DNA of 63,926 nucleotides, the filler included, from Octopus bimaculoides (taxonomy: Eukaryota): assembly GCF_001194135.2 (NCBI RefSeq). It is 6 parts of 6 records of this genome, joined end to end, with 100 filler letters (N's around TTAATTAATTAA, not from the genome) between each part and the next. Parts side by side here need not be neighbours in the genome. Positions count along the whole stretch, not along the records: positions 1 to 21,468 come from NC_068985.1; 5 more parts are not named here. One strand, 5' to 3'. This document shows positions 1-12,678 of the stretch, piece after piece (within the stretch, counting starts at the first letter, position 1; every line of letters begins with the position of its first letter). The translations under genes were made by a program, and so were the position numbers. Below the pieces are notes generated by a model that was not told where the DNA came from, ran no database searches, and saw only the letters and a program-made list of their open reading frames with translations.

Positions 1-900
1 GGCCAGGTTTATGCTATTTATTATTGATGTTGTTTTATTGTCTATTTTGATTTTTGGGAGATATAATCTGTGGTCCATTCTAAGATCTGTGGTTTTCAGT
101 TCTTTGGTTATTCTCATTTTCATAGTATCGTAATTATTAGGTTTGCCTTCGTTAATCCCAGGCTTTAGCTTTGTTTTGCCTTCCTTTTCATTCATATGTT
201 TGTCTGTGGTGTTCTGGATTGGTGCTTTTTCTACACTATTATACATCTCTACGGTCTGGGTTTGTTGTTTTTTGTTTACTTCGTTTTTGCCGGAAATGTT
301 ACGTTTGTCCTCGTGTTTTGCTATCTCAGTGTTTATATTATTATTTGGCATTGCTGTGTGACTACTATCTAGATTTTCCTGATGTATTTTTCCTTTCAAT
401 TGTTCTATTTTTATTTTTTATTTTTTTTGGCTTTTAGAATATATCTTTTTATGTTAGCTAGTTTGTTAGGGTTCATTGTTTTATCGAGGTCTATATTTAC
501 ATTATTTTTGTTCCATATTTTATATGTATGTGTTGTTGCGTTTTCGTTTTTTAGGTAGAGCACTGCTGTGAAATAGTCGTATAGTATCGAAATGTATTAC
601 TCACGTGTCAATTTATGCCGTTTTGGTTTTGTTTGCGGGACATGAGGAACAACGTCTGGTCCTTTATTTTGACGGTTATCGTTTTCGTAGGGTACCGGTT
701 CGTTTATTTCTGTTGTCAGATTGTTTTGCTCGTCCAGATCTTCGTATTTCTTTCGTAACAAGCTTACAGTACGCACTTCTCGGTTGATATTCTTGGGTGT
801 AATAATACCGGTGTTATTTAATCTGTTTGTAATGTACATGGTGTTTTGGGGTTCGAAGATGGTTTGATCTTGATGTAACACGTGTGTTTACGATCGCTGT
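1..900 (-). mobile_element. Decayed 5' ORF region of an R4/Dong-type non-LTR retrotransposon
   Basis: Minus strand reads ...KPKRHKLTRE*YISILYDYF...TYKIWNKNN...MNPNKLANIKRYILKAKK, resembling the R4/Dong N-terminal region, with stops. Lies next to a (TAA)n array. Family call from memory. Confidence 0.6.
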
Positions 901-1017
901 GCGGGTAGTGGAGGTATCAAGTTAAAATACATCATTATATTTGGAAAAATAGAAATAAATTTCAATGAGTATTACTTACTCGGATATAGTCCAACCCTTT
1001 GTCAGCTATTTTTTGGC

Positions 1018-1096
<79 letters not shown>

Positions 1097-1118
1097 CATT
1101 ATTATTATTATTATTATT
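1018..1118. repeat. (ATT)n/(TAA)n microsatellite
   Basis: Directly visible; produces the poly-I and poly-Y ORFs. Confidence 0.98.
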
Positions 1119-1339
1119 CGTTGTATGGTCAACAAGTGGAGGGATATCTTGACAAAGAAAGAACTGTGCATATGTATAAGGAAAAGTGAAGCAACGGCCA
1201 AGATCTTTTCAGCTTAACTTGACATCCTGGAAAGTTATTGCTTAGATTGACCCGCATGGCCTAATACGTGTCACAATACATCAAGACAATCTGAGTTGAA
1301 GAAAAAGAGCAATAGAATTATATCCTGCAATCAGCACAT

Positions 1340-1510
1340 TTTCTGGCAAAATCATTTTCTGCCCTCTGATCTTGACTTTTTCCACCCAATATGGGTGATT
1401 TAAGCGAGGAGTATGGTGAATGATGTCATCAAGAAATCGAAGAGCTAGAAAGCCGCTACAGTGGCAGACTGATACCAAACATGCTGACGGGCTACTGCCG
1501 GTTTTAGAAA
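1340..1510 (+). mobile_element. DNA transposase C-terminal fragment, probably CMC/Chapaev3-like
   Basis: Frameshifted translation HFLPSDLDFF..MGDLSEEYGE*CHQEIEELESRYSGRLIPNMLTGYCRF* matches the H.HLDFF...G..S.E.GERFHQ.I..ME.RY.G......DYCW motif. Superfamily assignment from memory. Confidence 0.6.
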
Positions 1511-1967
1511 CAAGAAATGGACATGCATCATAAGCGTAGAAGAAGGTGCCAAAACTATTCTTGAAAAACATAAAAATGTATAATATTCACTTTGCACTTT
1601 TGTTTTGTGTTTTATTGGTTTTAGAGCTACGTGACTACCTACCATATGTACCTACCTCACGGAAGTGAGGTAGATAGATATGGTAGAGAGGGTAGGAATA
1701 TGGTAGAGGGGAGGGGGCGGGCGCACCAAGGCCTACAGAAAGTGCCTACTGCACCGTTCCTTACTGCCCGCCTGTAAATGTAAGGTCTAACCAAAAACGG
1801 AAGAAGCATCAGTCAAAAACTAACGAAAAAGTAGATTACTGTTTAAATTGTTCTATGACAATTCGATTTCGGCTGAAAATGTTTACAATATATTCAAAAG
1901 TAATAGAAGAAAGGGAAAGGGAGAGTGAGAGACAGAAAAACATAGGGTGGAGATGAGAAGACAGAGA

Positions 1968-2058
1968 GAGGGAGAGAAAGTGAGGGAGAGAAAGTGAGGG
2001 AGAGAAAGTGAGGGAGAGAAAGTGAGGGAGAGAAAGTGAGGGAGAGAAAGTGAGGGAG
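1968..2058 (+). repeat. 14-bp minisatellite (GAGGGAGAGAAAGT) x ~6.5
   Basis: Directly visible tandem copies. Confidence 0.95.
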
Positions 2059-2189
2059 AGAGAGACGAAATTAATATTATTGTTATTTTTGAGTGAGAGA
2101 GCAGTGCATGCCATGAAAGTGACACTGGGGTAAAATATACAACGCCCAGCATACCCATTATGATTACATGTCTGATATGGGTACACTAG

Positions 2190-2550
2190 GCAGATGCATC
2201 ACAACCATATGTGCGCGACATGGTGATCTCATCTGAAGATAAACAGCGCATGACCTCGTAGATGGGGTCGAGTTAGAATTTTCTTCAGGTCCACTAGCCC
2301 GTCCAGTTTAAAATGTCCCTGAATAATGGTTGTTTAAGGATGTTGAACGAAACACATGTTTCTAAAAGTGAATTATCCAAACCCCAAAGAATTCCTCGCA
2401 ACACATGGCTATGATACTCCCCCTCTACATCTGTTCGTGATCAGTGATGCATATATCGTCAGCCATTAAGCGACTTGCACAACTGGTTATGGTCAAACAA
2501 CTGAGGAGCAAATCTGTGGCATTGAGCAGAATATTTGCTGTAGCCCATCT
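2190..2550 (+). mobile_element. 3' fragment of an abundant cephalopod retroelement (LINE tail-like)
   Basis: Resembles a common octopus repeat ending ...gagcagaatatttgctgtagcccatctt, followed by ATT repeats. Recognition from memory. Confidence 0.4.
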
Positions 2551-2586
2551 TTCCATTATTATTATAAATAATATTCTTATTGTTTA

Positions 2587-2745
2587 AGGCGGCGAGCTGG
2601 TAGAATTGTTACCTTGCCGAGCGAAATACTTAGCGAAATTCCATTCGTCTTTACGTTCTGAGTTCAAATTCCACCGAGGTCGGTTTTGCCTTTCGTGCTT
2701 CAGGGCTCGATAAAATAATTACTAGTTGAGAACTGGGGTCGATGT
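2587..2745 (+). mobile_element. Octopus-type SINE (ggcggcgagctggcagaa family)
   Basis: Related copies at ~6965-7135, 26805-27005 (-), 29180-29340 (-), 60560-60780 and 61820-62020 share gttctgagttcaaattcc..gaggtcgactttgcc. Confidence 0.75.
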
Positions 2746-2751
2746 GGCAAG

Positions 2752-3900
2752 AATCATTGTCATGTCTTTTGCATTTGCGTTGTGCCAAATTCGGGCATTC
2801 ACTAACTCTGTACCATACCGTTTAACTCTTCTCACCACACATTCTGCGTTTGTTGCTGTCGGTAATGTTGTCTATTCTAAAACGCACAAAATTAGTTCTT
2901 AACGCTTGCTCTAGTGCTGCGCATATGAGTGCTCTTGTCTCTAACTTCAGGTCACTCCTCCTCATCCATAACCACCGGTCTTCTGTATCTGTCTTGGCGT
3001 TCGTATCTCTTGCAAACAAACCATACATTTTTTTCTACTAACATCTAGTTTCCTTTTTGTGTTCTTTTCTTTCTTTGCACACTTATCAATTTTTATGATG
3101 CCAGAATTCTTCGCGTTTCAGCAATGATTCCATAGTAATTTTCCATAATACCCTAAGCTGTTTTGCTCTCCTTCGATACAATCCTGGCAACTGATCAAAA
3201 CTCTACCACCTTTCTTCTGGACAAGTACAACTTATCGGTGTTACTTTTATGGCGGAAGGATCCGTTCACTGTCAGTATTTTTCATGTCTTTGTATTCATG
3301 TTCATTTGTTCTTTCTTTTGTCAGCTTATGATTGCAGCTTCATACGGGTGATGCTATTGCCCACCTATTAACTGTGTGGGTATTATTCCATCCGGTCAAT
3401 TTTGAGCGCAGCACCAATCTTAGTCTTCGGAAATATACCATCCTCAGTTTTTCTTTCATTTCCTTTTCTATGGTTTCGTTGAAGTCTAGTGTACTAAGGT
3501 ATTTGGAGCCTACCTTATCAATTTGTTTAATCAGTTCTCTATTAGGTAATTTTATCCATGCTAGGGACTAGACCTTGCCTTTTTTCAAGTACAAATCAAC
3601 CACACGTCCTGTGTCCAAATTCTATTATAATATTAGCACTAAAACAGTAGTCCTTGTTCACCTAAGACCTAACTAGTGTCTCATCCTTGCCAAACGGCCT
3701 CAGCCACCTAGTCGGTGTTAGTTTGGATGTACACTTGGAGTCCTATCGTGGTCTTTTTATAGGAAGTTTCAAGTTGCATTAGATTTTCGTAACCCTTGTG
3801 TCCATACCCTAAATTTCACTCAGATCTCAATTGATGACATTAAGGCAATACTGGACGACTGTTACCGCAAGAAACTTTATAGTTGCAATTCTAGTCAGGG
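2752..3900 (-). mobile_element. R4/Dong-type LINE fragment (end of RT to CCHC region), pseudogenised
   Basis: Translation RRSDLKLETRALICAALEQALRTNFVRFRIDNITDSNKRRMCGEKS plus upstream ...RMVYFRRLRLVLRSKL... is typical of RLE-type LINEs. Confidence 0.75.
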
Positions 3901-4378
3901 GGTTTAGCCCAGTATTCGGAACCATTCTTACACGTCTATAATACTCTCTTCTAATCTTCAATTTCATTTATCCATGTTGAATCCCTTTCCCTTCGTGTAT
4001 CCCATAATAACCATAAAATCGTTTTAATCCATGTCCTTGATCCAGGTACGATGATCAAGTTGGGTCGTAATATTAGCTGTTTGTTATCACCATTATTGTT
4101 ATCAGGTTCGTGCAATACTGATAGTAATAGCATTCGTATTATTCGTCGTCGTCGAGGTAGTGGTAGCAGAATGATAGAAAAAGCTACACACATGTACATA
4201 GACATATTCTATGCAAATACACATAAATACATGTATAAATCAAGACTTTCGTTGTTTTGAAGAACTACTCACCCTATAAGCATTTTTGTTTCTTTAGATA
4301 TCTTACTTCTTGTAAATACCAAACGATTAATCAAAAAAGAGTTTATACAAAAAGTAATATACGAATAAGATTTATATG

Positions 4379-4417
<39 letters not shown>

Positions 4418-4445
4418 TACATACATGCATATATATATATATACT

Positions 4446-4500
<55 letters not shown>

Positions 4501-4768
4501 TGTGGTAATATCTGTGTTTTGATGATTATTACTACCAGATTGCATAATATATTCATGGAGATTATTAAATTTGCATTAAACTTAATTCTCAATTACATTT
4601 CTCCACTTAACAATATTTCCTGTACAAAATCCATTAAATGATAATGAGTTGACACTAATGGCATTAGTAAATCATGAGCTTACTTTGATTTGATAACATT
4701 TTGCTCACGAACTACTCATACGTTTATCATTTTCTTCGGAATTGTTTTCCTCCTTTTAATTTCATCAA

Positions 4769-4915
4769 TTTCCTGGTTTCCTCCTCAGATGGGTTGTCAT
4801 CGCAAAGAATTCGAAATTCTCTGCTGTCATAAACCTTCCTGTAACATTTGACTCAGAGTATATGAGACCAGATATATATAAGTATATACATGTAAGTATG
4901 TATGTATATGCATAT

Positions 4916-4950
<35 letters not shown>

Positions 4951-5073
4951 TTTATACAAAAAGAGACAGAGAGCTGGTGAGGGTGGATTAGACTAGGTAA
5001 CGTAGAATATGACTAATTGAGTGATTTAGTGGTTCACTGCTGTCATCATAGAAATAGATTCCCATCTGAAGAG
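4769..5073 (+). mobile_element. ~300-bp interspersed element, copy A (MITE-like), with internal (CA)n
   Basis: Reverse-complement match to 7952-8287. Inverted ends ctcctcagatggg (4781) and cccatctgaagag (5061). Confidence 0.7.
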
Positions 5074-5966
5074 ATATATTCCATTTACCTTCACTTATAA
5101 GGTAAAATATAATTTCATTAGGCAATTTGATGGAAAATTGAAATCACTGAAAATGTATGATGCCGCAAAAATTTCATGCTACTTTAATTTAAGTTATTTG
5201 TTATAACATTTATAGTGTCACTTCAGTTTCGTACTTTAGGTTTATAAGCCTAACTTACTATCTTATATAACACTATTGCTTCATATATGGTCACTCTTGG
5301 TGGAGACTCGTCCACAGAAAATATTCAGAATAAAGCACTGTTTCTTGTACATCGGTTTCTTACAGACGTTCACATTCTTATGACCGAGTGTCAGATGAAC
5401 CAGATACAAGGAATTAATTGTGTCTACAGTTATTGTTCAGGACCAAAATGTCAGCGCCTTGTTCTGAAAACGTGAGCGCCTTGTTCTGATTCCATTAATT
5501 ACTCATCTATTGCTATCAACTCACAAGAAGAGAAAATTTATGCTCGGAGTTGACTTTATAACCTAGATTCTCCAAATCAGTCAGTTATGCGCTGGTGAAT
5601 TTGTGGATCTCGTGCATTCTCCTAGAAATACGCTTTAAAAAAAGAGACGTCTGATTCTCAGTGGTCTCAAATCACAACAACTAATAATCCAAATTTTCCA
5701 AATCTCTGCATTACTACTACATATTAGTTGTCCCTAAGATCCGCTCTATTGGAAGGTAACGTTTAACTCTGCTGGTATCTGGAAATCGACGGCAATAGAG
5801 AGTAGTTGTGTTAACGCGATTTAGAGATCAGTGAGGTGACTAGGAATCATGTGTTACTAGGAAACATGTTAAAAGTAGTACACGTGAGCCTCTCATACTT
5901 TCTAATTCTATACCTCTTTTGCTGTATACACACGCCCACACACTCACTCGCATTTTTGTGTGTGTG

Positions 5967-5999
<33 letters not shown>

Positions 6000-6714
6000 T
6001 TGTGTGTGTGTGTTTGTGTGTGTGTTGCGCGCGCGCGCGTGCACGCGTCTGTGTGTTATTCGGAGATATATTTCGCAGAAAATATTTATTAATACTGGGG
6101 ATATGTTATTGTTTAGAATTTATTCTAAACAAGATTTTAGGTGTTTCTCTTTTTTGTAAGCATAAGGTTTGACAGTATTTTTGATGCTTTTCTGACCTTT
6201 ACATTCTGAAAGCAACAAGATTAAATCCGATAATACCAAATGTGCCGTAGTTTTTCAATTTTGTAAAGAATCGATTAAAATACCAAACTCGTTTCGACAA
6301 TTTTCTCTTTGCAATAGTGAATGGAAATGTACAATAGAAAATTTGAAAAATATATACTTAAAAGATGAAATGTTCATGCAAATTCCGATACGAAATAAGT
6401 TTCATAGAGATAGAGAGTAACAGAGATTTGATGAATTTCATAGCAGTCACACATGATTGAATTTTCCGTAATATTGTGATATATATAACAATTAGATACG
6501 ATGAAATTTTGAAACGAGTAAGAAAAACGAAAAAAAAAAGCATCTTTTCACAATTTCTATCGTAGGGAATAAAGGAGCATTCGTCATCCCTAGTTTTGAT
6601 GATGTGGGCTTGAACTGATATTGCTGTCTCTATATAGTTTTTTTGAAATAAAAGGTTCTCATTGAAACTCTAATGACGTGAAATGTCTTGGTCCGCCTGT
6701 AGTCTAGTAGTTTG

Positions 6715-6760
6715 ACGGGCTCACGGGCTCACGGGCTCACGGGCTCACGGGCTCACGGGC
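6715..6760 (+). repeat. GC-rich octamer tandem (ACGGGCTC) x 5.75
   Basis: Directly visible perfect array. Confidence 0.97.
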
Positions 6761-7951
6761 CTGAACATATTACTTGTTTTTGGATGGTCTGTTCACATAT
6801 TTAAGTGTATCGGGGGATCTTATTGTTTTTCGCAATTCTTAGATATCCCTGGGTATTTACTCTCCAGTGATATATTTGAAAGTTGTTAGAGTCATTTTTT
6901 CCAGTATTTTAGGAATGGGAACAATTATTAAAATTCTTGTTGGCAATTGAAAAGGTATATTCAAGGCGGCGAGCTGGCAGAATAGTTGGCACGCCGGGCA
7001 AAATGCTTAGCGACGTTTCAGCTGTCTTTATGCTCAGAGTTCAAATACTGCTGAGGTTGACTTTGCTTTCTTTTTTTCCTGGTCTATAAAATGAGTACCA
7101 GTTGATCATTGAGGTTGACCGACTTATCTCCTCCCGCTAAAATTTGAAATTTTGAAATCAATTTGAAATCAATTTAAAAGATATATTGATTATAGCGTGA
7201 TTTAGATGCAGGACGAATATAGAAGATATTGATTTTAGTCTGCTGGTTAAAGTAGATTTCGGTTTTAACATCCCTTTCTTACGATTAGGATGTTCACAAG
7301 CGGTAGCTGTTTTTGGCTATTCTGTTGTAAGTTTTGTATTATTAATTGAATGTTTAAACCCCAAGAGATGATGCAGATTATGTGATTATGTAATCAGAGA
7401 ATAAACAATCATCCAGGGAGCAATTCCATTCGCCGAATAAGTATTTATGGAAGTTTTCGCGAAATCCCCCTTTGGTATGTTCGTATATCTGCACTTTTTT
7501 TAGTACACCATGATAAAGTTAGCAAATGCAGGAGTTACCCTTGTTTCCATTGCAGTCCCACATATATGTCTGTGAGTGCTGTCATTGAAGTTAGAATCCA
7601 ATGGGGTTCAGCTGCTATAGTCTTTAAATGTGACTTCACTAACGGATTTGGGAAGTCAGTAAATGTTGCTTGGTTTTACAATCAAATCTTGTTAATTACT
7701 GCTTTTCCTTTTCCGTTAAATCGGTTTGCTTCTGTTGGATGAGGGTAGTGAACATTTTCATTATTTTGGAATGTTGGTAATTGCTAATTACTTTATAGTA
7801 AATATTGTCTCTTATGTATATTTATTGTTAATATTATATATTTTATTAAGGAGTGGAGTTGGAAGAATATTTTATACCCAAGACGAAATGCATAGCGGCA
7901 TTTCGCCTGACTTTATGGTCTGTGTTCAAATTCCGTTGAAGACAAATTTGC

Positions 7952-8075
7952 CTTCAGATGGGAATTTATTTCTATGATGACAACAGTGAACCATTAAATC
8001 ACTCAATTAGTCATATTCTACGTTACCTACTCTAATCCACCCTCACCAGCTCTCTGTCTCTTTTTGTATAAATGC

Positions 8076-8114
<39 letters not shown>

Positions 8115-8287
8115 TGTGTGTGTGTGTCTACATATGCATATACATACATACTTACATACTTACATGTATATACTTACATATATCTGGTCTCATATACTCT
8201 CAGTCAAATGTTACAGGAAGGTTTATGACAGCAGAGAATTTCGAATTCTTTGCGATGCCAACCCATCTGAAGAGGAAACTAGGAAAG
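7952..8287 (-). mobile_element. ~330-bp interspersed element, copy B, apparently inserted into a SINE
   Basis: Inverted copy of 4769-5073. The flanks read ...gacaaatttgcc / ggggtcaataaaataagta, i.e. the two halves of the SINE core. Confidence 0.7.
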
Positions 8288-8488
8288 TCTGGGGTCAATA
8301 AAATAAGTAATATTTGGGCACCTTTTGAGTACTAGATATAATAAGCTCAGCCACTCACTCCAACATGCTACCCTGTGCCAACATTTAAAATCAATATTAT
8401 AGGTTTTTATCTACTTATTCACATATGCTTTCATTTATTTGTTCTATCTTAATTTGCACTATTTATATCACTATATATTTTATACCAG

Positions 8489-8641
8489 TTTAACACGGCT
8501 GGGCAGTATTTAACGTTCGTGAGCGCGGAGGACAGTCCTGACTCAGATGGCATTAGGCCGTATCAGACAAGACTTGTGAGTTCTACGATTTCAAGAATCT
8601 TTAAATCATATGGAGGAAAATCCGATTTTTATTCAACATAT
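8489..8641 (+). CDS. Candidate internal exon of an unidentified gene (51 codons, phase 0-0)
   Basis: T-rich tract + ccag| acceptor, |gtaagt donor, 153 nt, only frame 0 open: FNTAGQYLTFVSAEDSPDSDGIRPYQTRLVSSTISRIFKSYGGKSDFYSTY. GC higher than the flanks. No homology recognised. Confidence 0.45.
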
Positions 8642-8685
8642 GTAAGTATTATTAAATTTGCTGAGTGCCAATATCCTTCGTTCAC

Positions 8686-10453
8686 CCACTAATTGTTTCT
8701 AACGAATTTTTATTTCATTAATGGAGACATTACATCATTAGACAAAACCGTTTTTATCAGGTACTTACATGAATCACAACATTGAAAAACATTTAAAAGC
8801 AAACGGCATGTGCAGCTTCATGATTCTATGACCCTTGCTAGTCACCGAATAGATTTTTTAGTTCAGTTTTGTAGTATTATAGGAAAAATTAACGCGATGT
8901 CCTGCGCTGGTAGGGAGTAACGAAAATTTATAGCAATGAAAGGATGGGGTGAGGAAGTCAGAGAGCGAAGTACCTCGCTCCAAAAACTAAGATAAAATTA
9001 GTTTCTTTCATTTTTTAATTTCTACACAGTAAGCTGTTTTATGTCTTAGTACAAAGTGTAAAGTCACCCAGTTATCTATGTTTATTTATTTAACAATCAT
9101 GTATATGCCCACTTTAAGGCTGGAAGGACCATAAAAGACAGGGACAATAAGTCTAAGAAGCTACAATAGTGGGCGGTTATGATATAAGAATGGTGGCCGT
9201 CATATCATTACTTACATAAATAAAGAAGTATACACGAACAAGCAATAATGAAAACGAATATGAAAGCAAATGCATAGTAATAAAAGAAGGATTATATATT
9301 TGAAAATGTAGATAATTATAAAAAATGGAAGTGTAGAGAGTGACTAGGCAAATAATATTATAGGAATTTATAAAATAATTAAAAATCAGTTTAACACAGT
9401 ATAATGGAATAAACTAAGATATAATAAAATAAGGTAATGTAATAGAATAATTTACAATCCCGAGTAAAATGTGAATTAGAAAAAAATATGATAACAATAA
9501 TAATAAAATGACAGAAAATATATAATACCCACAATTCAATAAATAAGCATAACGTTATGAGGTGAATCAAAATATACGAAAAATATAGGAAGGCAGTATG
9601 GTATAAATTTCCACGTCACGATTTGAAGTGTATAGAATACATAATACCGACTGTTGTCGCAGATTCGTTCATACTGAGAATTTAAAGTCTATACTATATA
9701 AAATAAAGTATTTATACATATTGTATACCATACATAAAATGTCTCTTATTATAGATTATAAATAATGGGATATAAAGAACAAAAAATATGAATATCAATA
9801 TAAATACACGCGTAAATCAAACTAAAATATAGATTCAATATATTAGGTTTTAAATATAATAAATTATATTTCAGAGTATATGCCATTAAAGTTGGCATCA
9901 CGAAAAGCCGAATTATTACTATAATATAGCAATATGACAAAAATATAATATATGTCTAAGAATTTAGAAAAATTTCAGAGGCAATCTTTAAGATCGACGA
10001 GGTCAAAAATCGGATCAGTATCAATTACAACGGAGCTGGTACAGAACAAATTAACAGTGTTAGGAGATAGGAATTAATTGGTATGATAAAACGCCAACGT
10101 TTAATTAAATACAATAAAATATAATAAACGTACGGTTGGAGGTCAAGAAGGTTAAGCAATCTATTACTATTCACCCTAACTCATCCTCTAAACTCCTTCA
10201 TTGTTATAAATCTTCGTTACCCCGTATTCACGCATGACATCGCGTTATTTTCTCCTATAAAACTACCAAACTGAACTAATAAATTCATTCTGTGACCAGC
10301 AAGGGTCACAGAATCATGAAGGTGCGCGTGACGTTGCCTTTTCAATGTTTTAGAATGTTGTGATTCGTGTAAGTTCCTGAAGAAAACAATATTTTCTAAT
10401 GACGTAATGTCTCCATTAATCGACTAAAGATTCGTTGGAAACAGGTGTAGTGG
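8686..10453. mobile_element. Putative non-autonomous DNA element with ~215-bp diverged terminal inverted repeats
   Basis: 8686-8901 is the diverged reverse complement of 10236-10453; very AT-rich interior without a useful ORF. Confidence 0.55.
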
Positions 10454-10766
10454 ATTGCCACACTATCCATATTTTGTTATTAATTACTTTATTTATTTAT
10501 AATTCACCTCATCGTAACGTGGTTCTTGCGTAGAACTGAAGTATATTATGGACCGTGCATTTAGTGCAATGTGTATTTCTTGATTAACCTCGGTGTTATT
10601 GATATACTCTGTTGGGTAGAGTTAAACGTATACGTAACCTTAATATATTCCCGCCTGCACATGGGTACCCGCGTATTTATTGCTCTATTTTTCTTGTGTA
10701 CGCAATTTATTTTGCGACCCGATGGGTGCCTTACCATTTAAGTGCTTGACTCACTTCAATCCTTAT

Positions 10767-10824
<58 letters not shown>

Positions 10825-11299
10825 NNNNNNNNNNNNNNNNNNNNNNNNNNNNNNNNNNNNNNNNNNNNNNNNNNNNNNNNNNNNNNNNNNNNNNNNNNNN
10901 NNNNNNNNNNNNNNNNNNNNNNNNNNNNNNNNNNNNNNNNNNNNNNNNNNNNNNNNNNNNNNNNNNNNNNNNNNNNNNNNNNNNNNNNNNNNNNNNNNNN
11001 NNNNNNNNNNNNNNNNNNNNNNNNNNNNNNNNNNNNNNNNNNNNNNNNNNNNNNNNNNNNNNNNNNNNNNNNNNNNNNNNNNNNNNNNNNNNNNNNNNNN
11101 NNNNNNNNNNNNNNNNNNNNNNNNNNNNNNNNNNNNNNNNNNNNNNNNNNNNNNNNNNNNNNNNNNNNNNNNNNNNNNNNNNNNNNNNNNNNNNNNNNNN
11201 NNNNNNNNNNNNNNNNNNNNNNNNNNNNNNNNNNNNNNNNNNNNNNNNNNNNNNNNNNNNNNATATATATATATATATATATATATAAAGGTTATAAGA

Positions 11300-11640
11300 G
11301 GTAATGGTGTCAGTAACACACCATTCCTATCAATAGATTTGTCAATTGTTCGGTAACAGTCGTCCAAGATCAGGACACGAATGTTCGTGACTATTTCGTT
11401 TGGGAGTTCGAAGTTCGCTTTGAACGAGGTTGGTCTTCAAGTGACAAGTCACCGTTCCTAATGCGTGCAAACCACTCGTAAATTTGTGTGTTGCTCGTGA
11501 CACCATCTTTGTAAGCTGTTTGAAGCATGACAATTGTTTTCGCCGCCATTTTCCCCATCAGAAAAGAGAATTTCACGGATGCACGCTGTTTCTTCATTTC
11601 AGCCATCGCAAAATTCAACGAACAGGGAGCAGTATTGCAA
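11300..11640 (-). mobile_element. mariner transposase 5' fragment (HTH region)
   Basis: MAEMKKQRASVKFSFLMGKMAAKTIVMLQTAYKDG...QIYEWFARIRNGDLSLEDQPRSKRTS, ATG at 11606. Confidence 0.9.
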
Positions 11641-11972
11641 GACAAAGACACACCACATGGCAGCACAACAGTAGACGACGATGCCGTTCTGTAGACTGAT
11701 GCCTGAGGGTTACATGAATTAACTTCTTATGGCGGAAGCCTGAACTACTATGGGCCTGTCCTTCAGAGAAAGTTTCCTGTTACTTTTATTTTGACTCTTT
11801 TGCTGGAACGCTAAGTTACGGGGACGTAAAAACACCAACACCGGTTGTCAAATGATTACTGAGGAGGGGGAAACAGACACAAAGACACATGCACATAGAT
11901 GTATACATACATATATAATATTGTACACTTCGGATAATTATATATATATATAGTATCGTTTCCCCCCCCCCT

Positions 11973-12678
11973 ATAATATGGCTGTTCTGTAAATGACTGT
12001 TACAACATTTTAACCCCTAGGAAAGGTCTTTCTCAGTTGGTTCACGACATACTCTGTGTTTGATATATTGTGAGTGAGGAAATGAATAACTCCCCTCTAC
12101 CTTGGTAAGACCAGTAGGCCATGCTTTCTGGGTCTTTACCCTTCATCGGTACTGGACACCTACCTGCTAGAGGTGGCAGTCAATCGGCCCTACTCACTAT
12201 ATAGAAACAGAGAAGCAGCAGAAAAGCACTGATATCGTAACGAGTAAAATAGCTAGTTCTAAAAGCTCTAAATGTGATATTGGTAACAATACTAGACAGT
12301 AACGATTTTTTTGCCACTATAACATGGTTGTTCTATAGAGAACAATGTTACTACATTTTAGCCTCAGGAAGACGTCTTTTCCAGCTGATTAACGACAAAT
12401 GACGTGTCCAATATATTGTAAGGGAGCGAAACCCTTACTTCCAGCTTGGCCAGAACAATAGACCATGGTTCCTAGGTCTTTACCTTCATCGATACTGGAG
12501 ACCTACCTGCTAGTGATGGCAGTCAATAGTCCCTACTCAAAATATATAAACAGAGAAGCGGCAGACAGCCACTCATCTTGCAACGAGCAAAATAGCTTGT
12601 TCTAGAACCTGTAGCAGGAAAGTGTCCAGTACCGATGAAGGGTAAAGACTCTGAATTCATGGTCCACTGGTTACCAAG
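11973..12678. repeat. Diverged ~346-bp tandem duplication plus inverted partial third copy
   Basis: Units start at 11973 and 12319. 12612-12678 is the reverse complement of ~12101-12169. Confidence 0.8.

Noticed and set aside
5287-5475. 62-aa ORF as a coding exon
   Set aside because: No recognisable homology; splice sites ambiguous.
8262-8295. ctgaagaggaaactaggaaagtc as a hammerhead
   Set aside because: Stems I-III cannot be formed properly, and the 3' part belongs to the flanking SINE.
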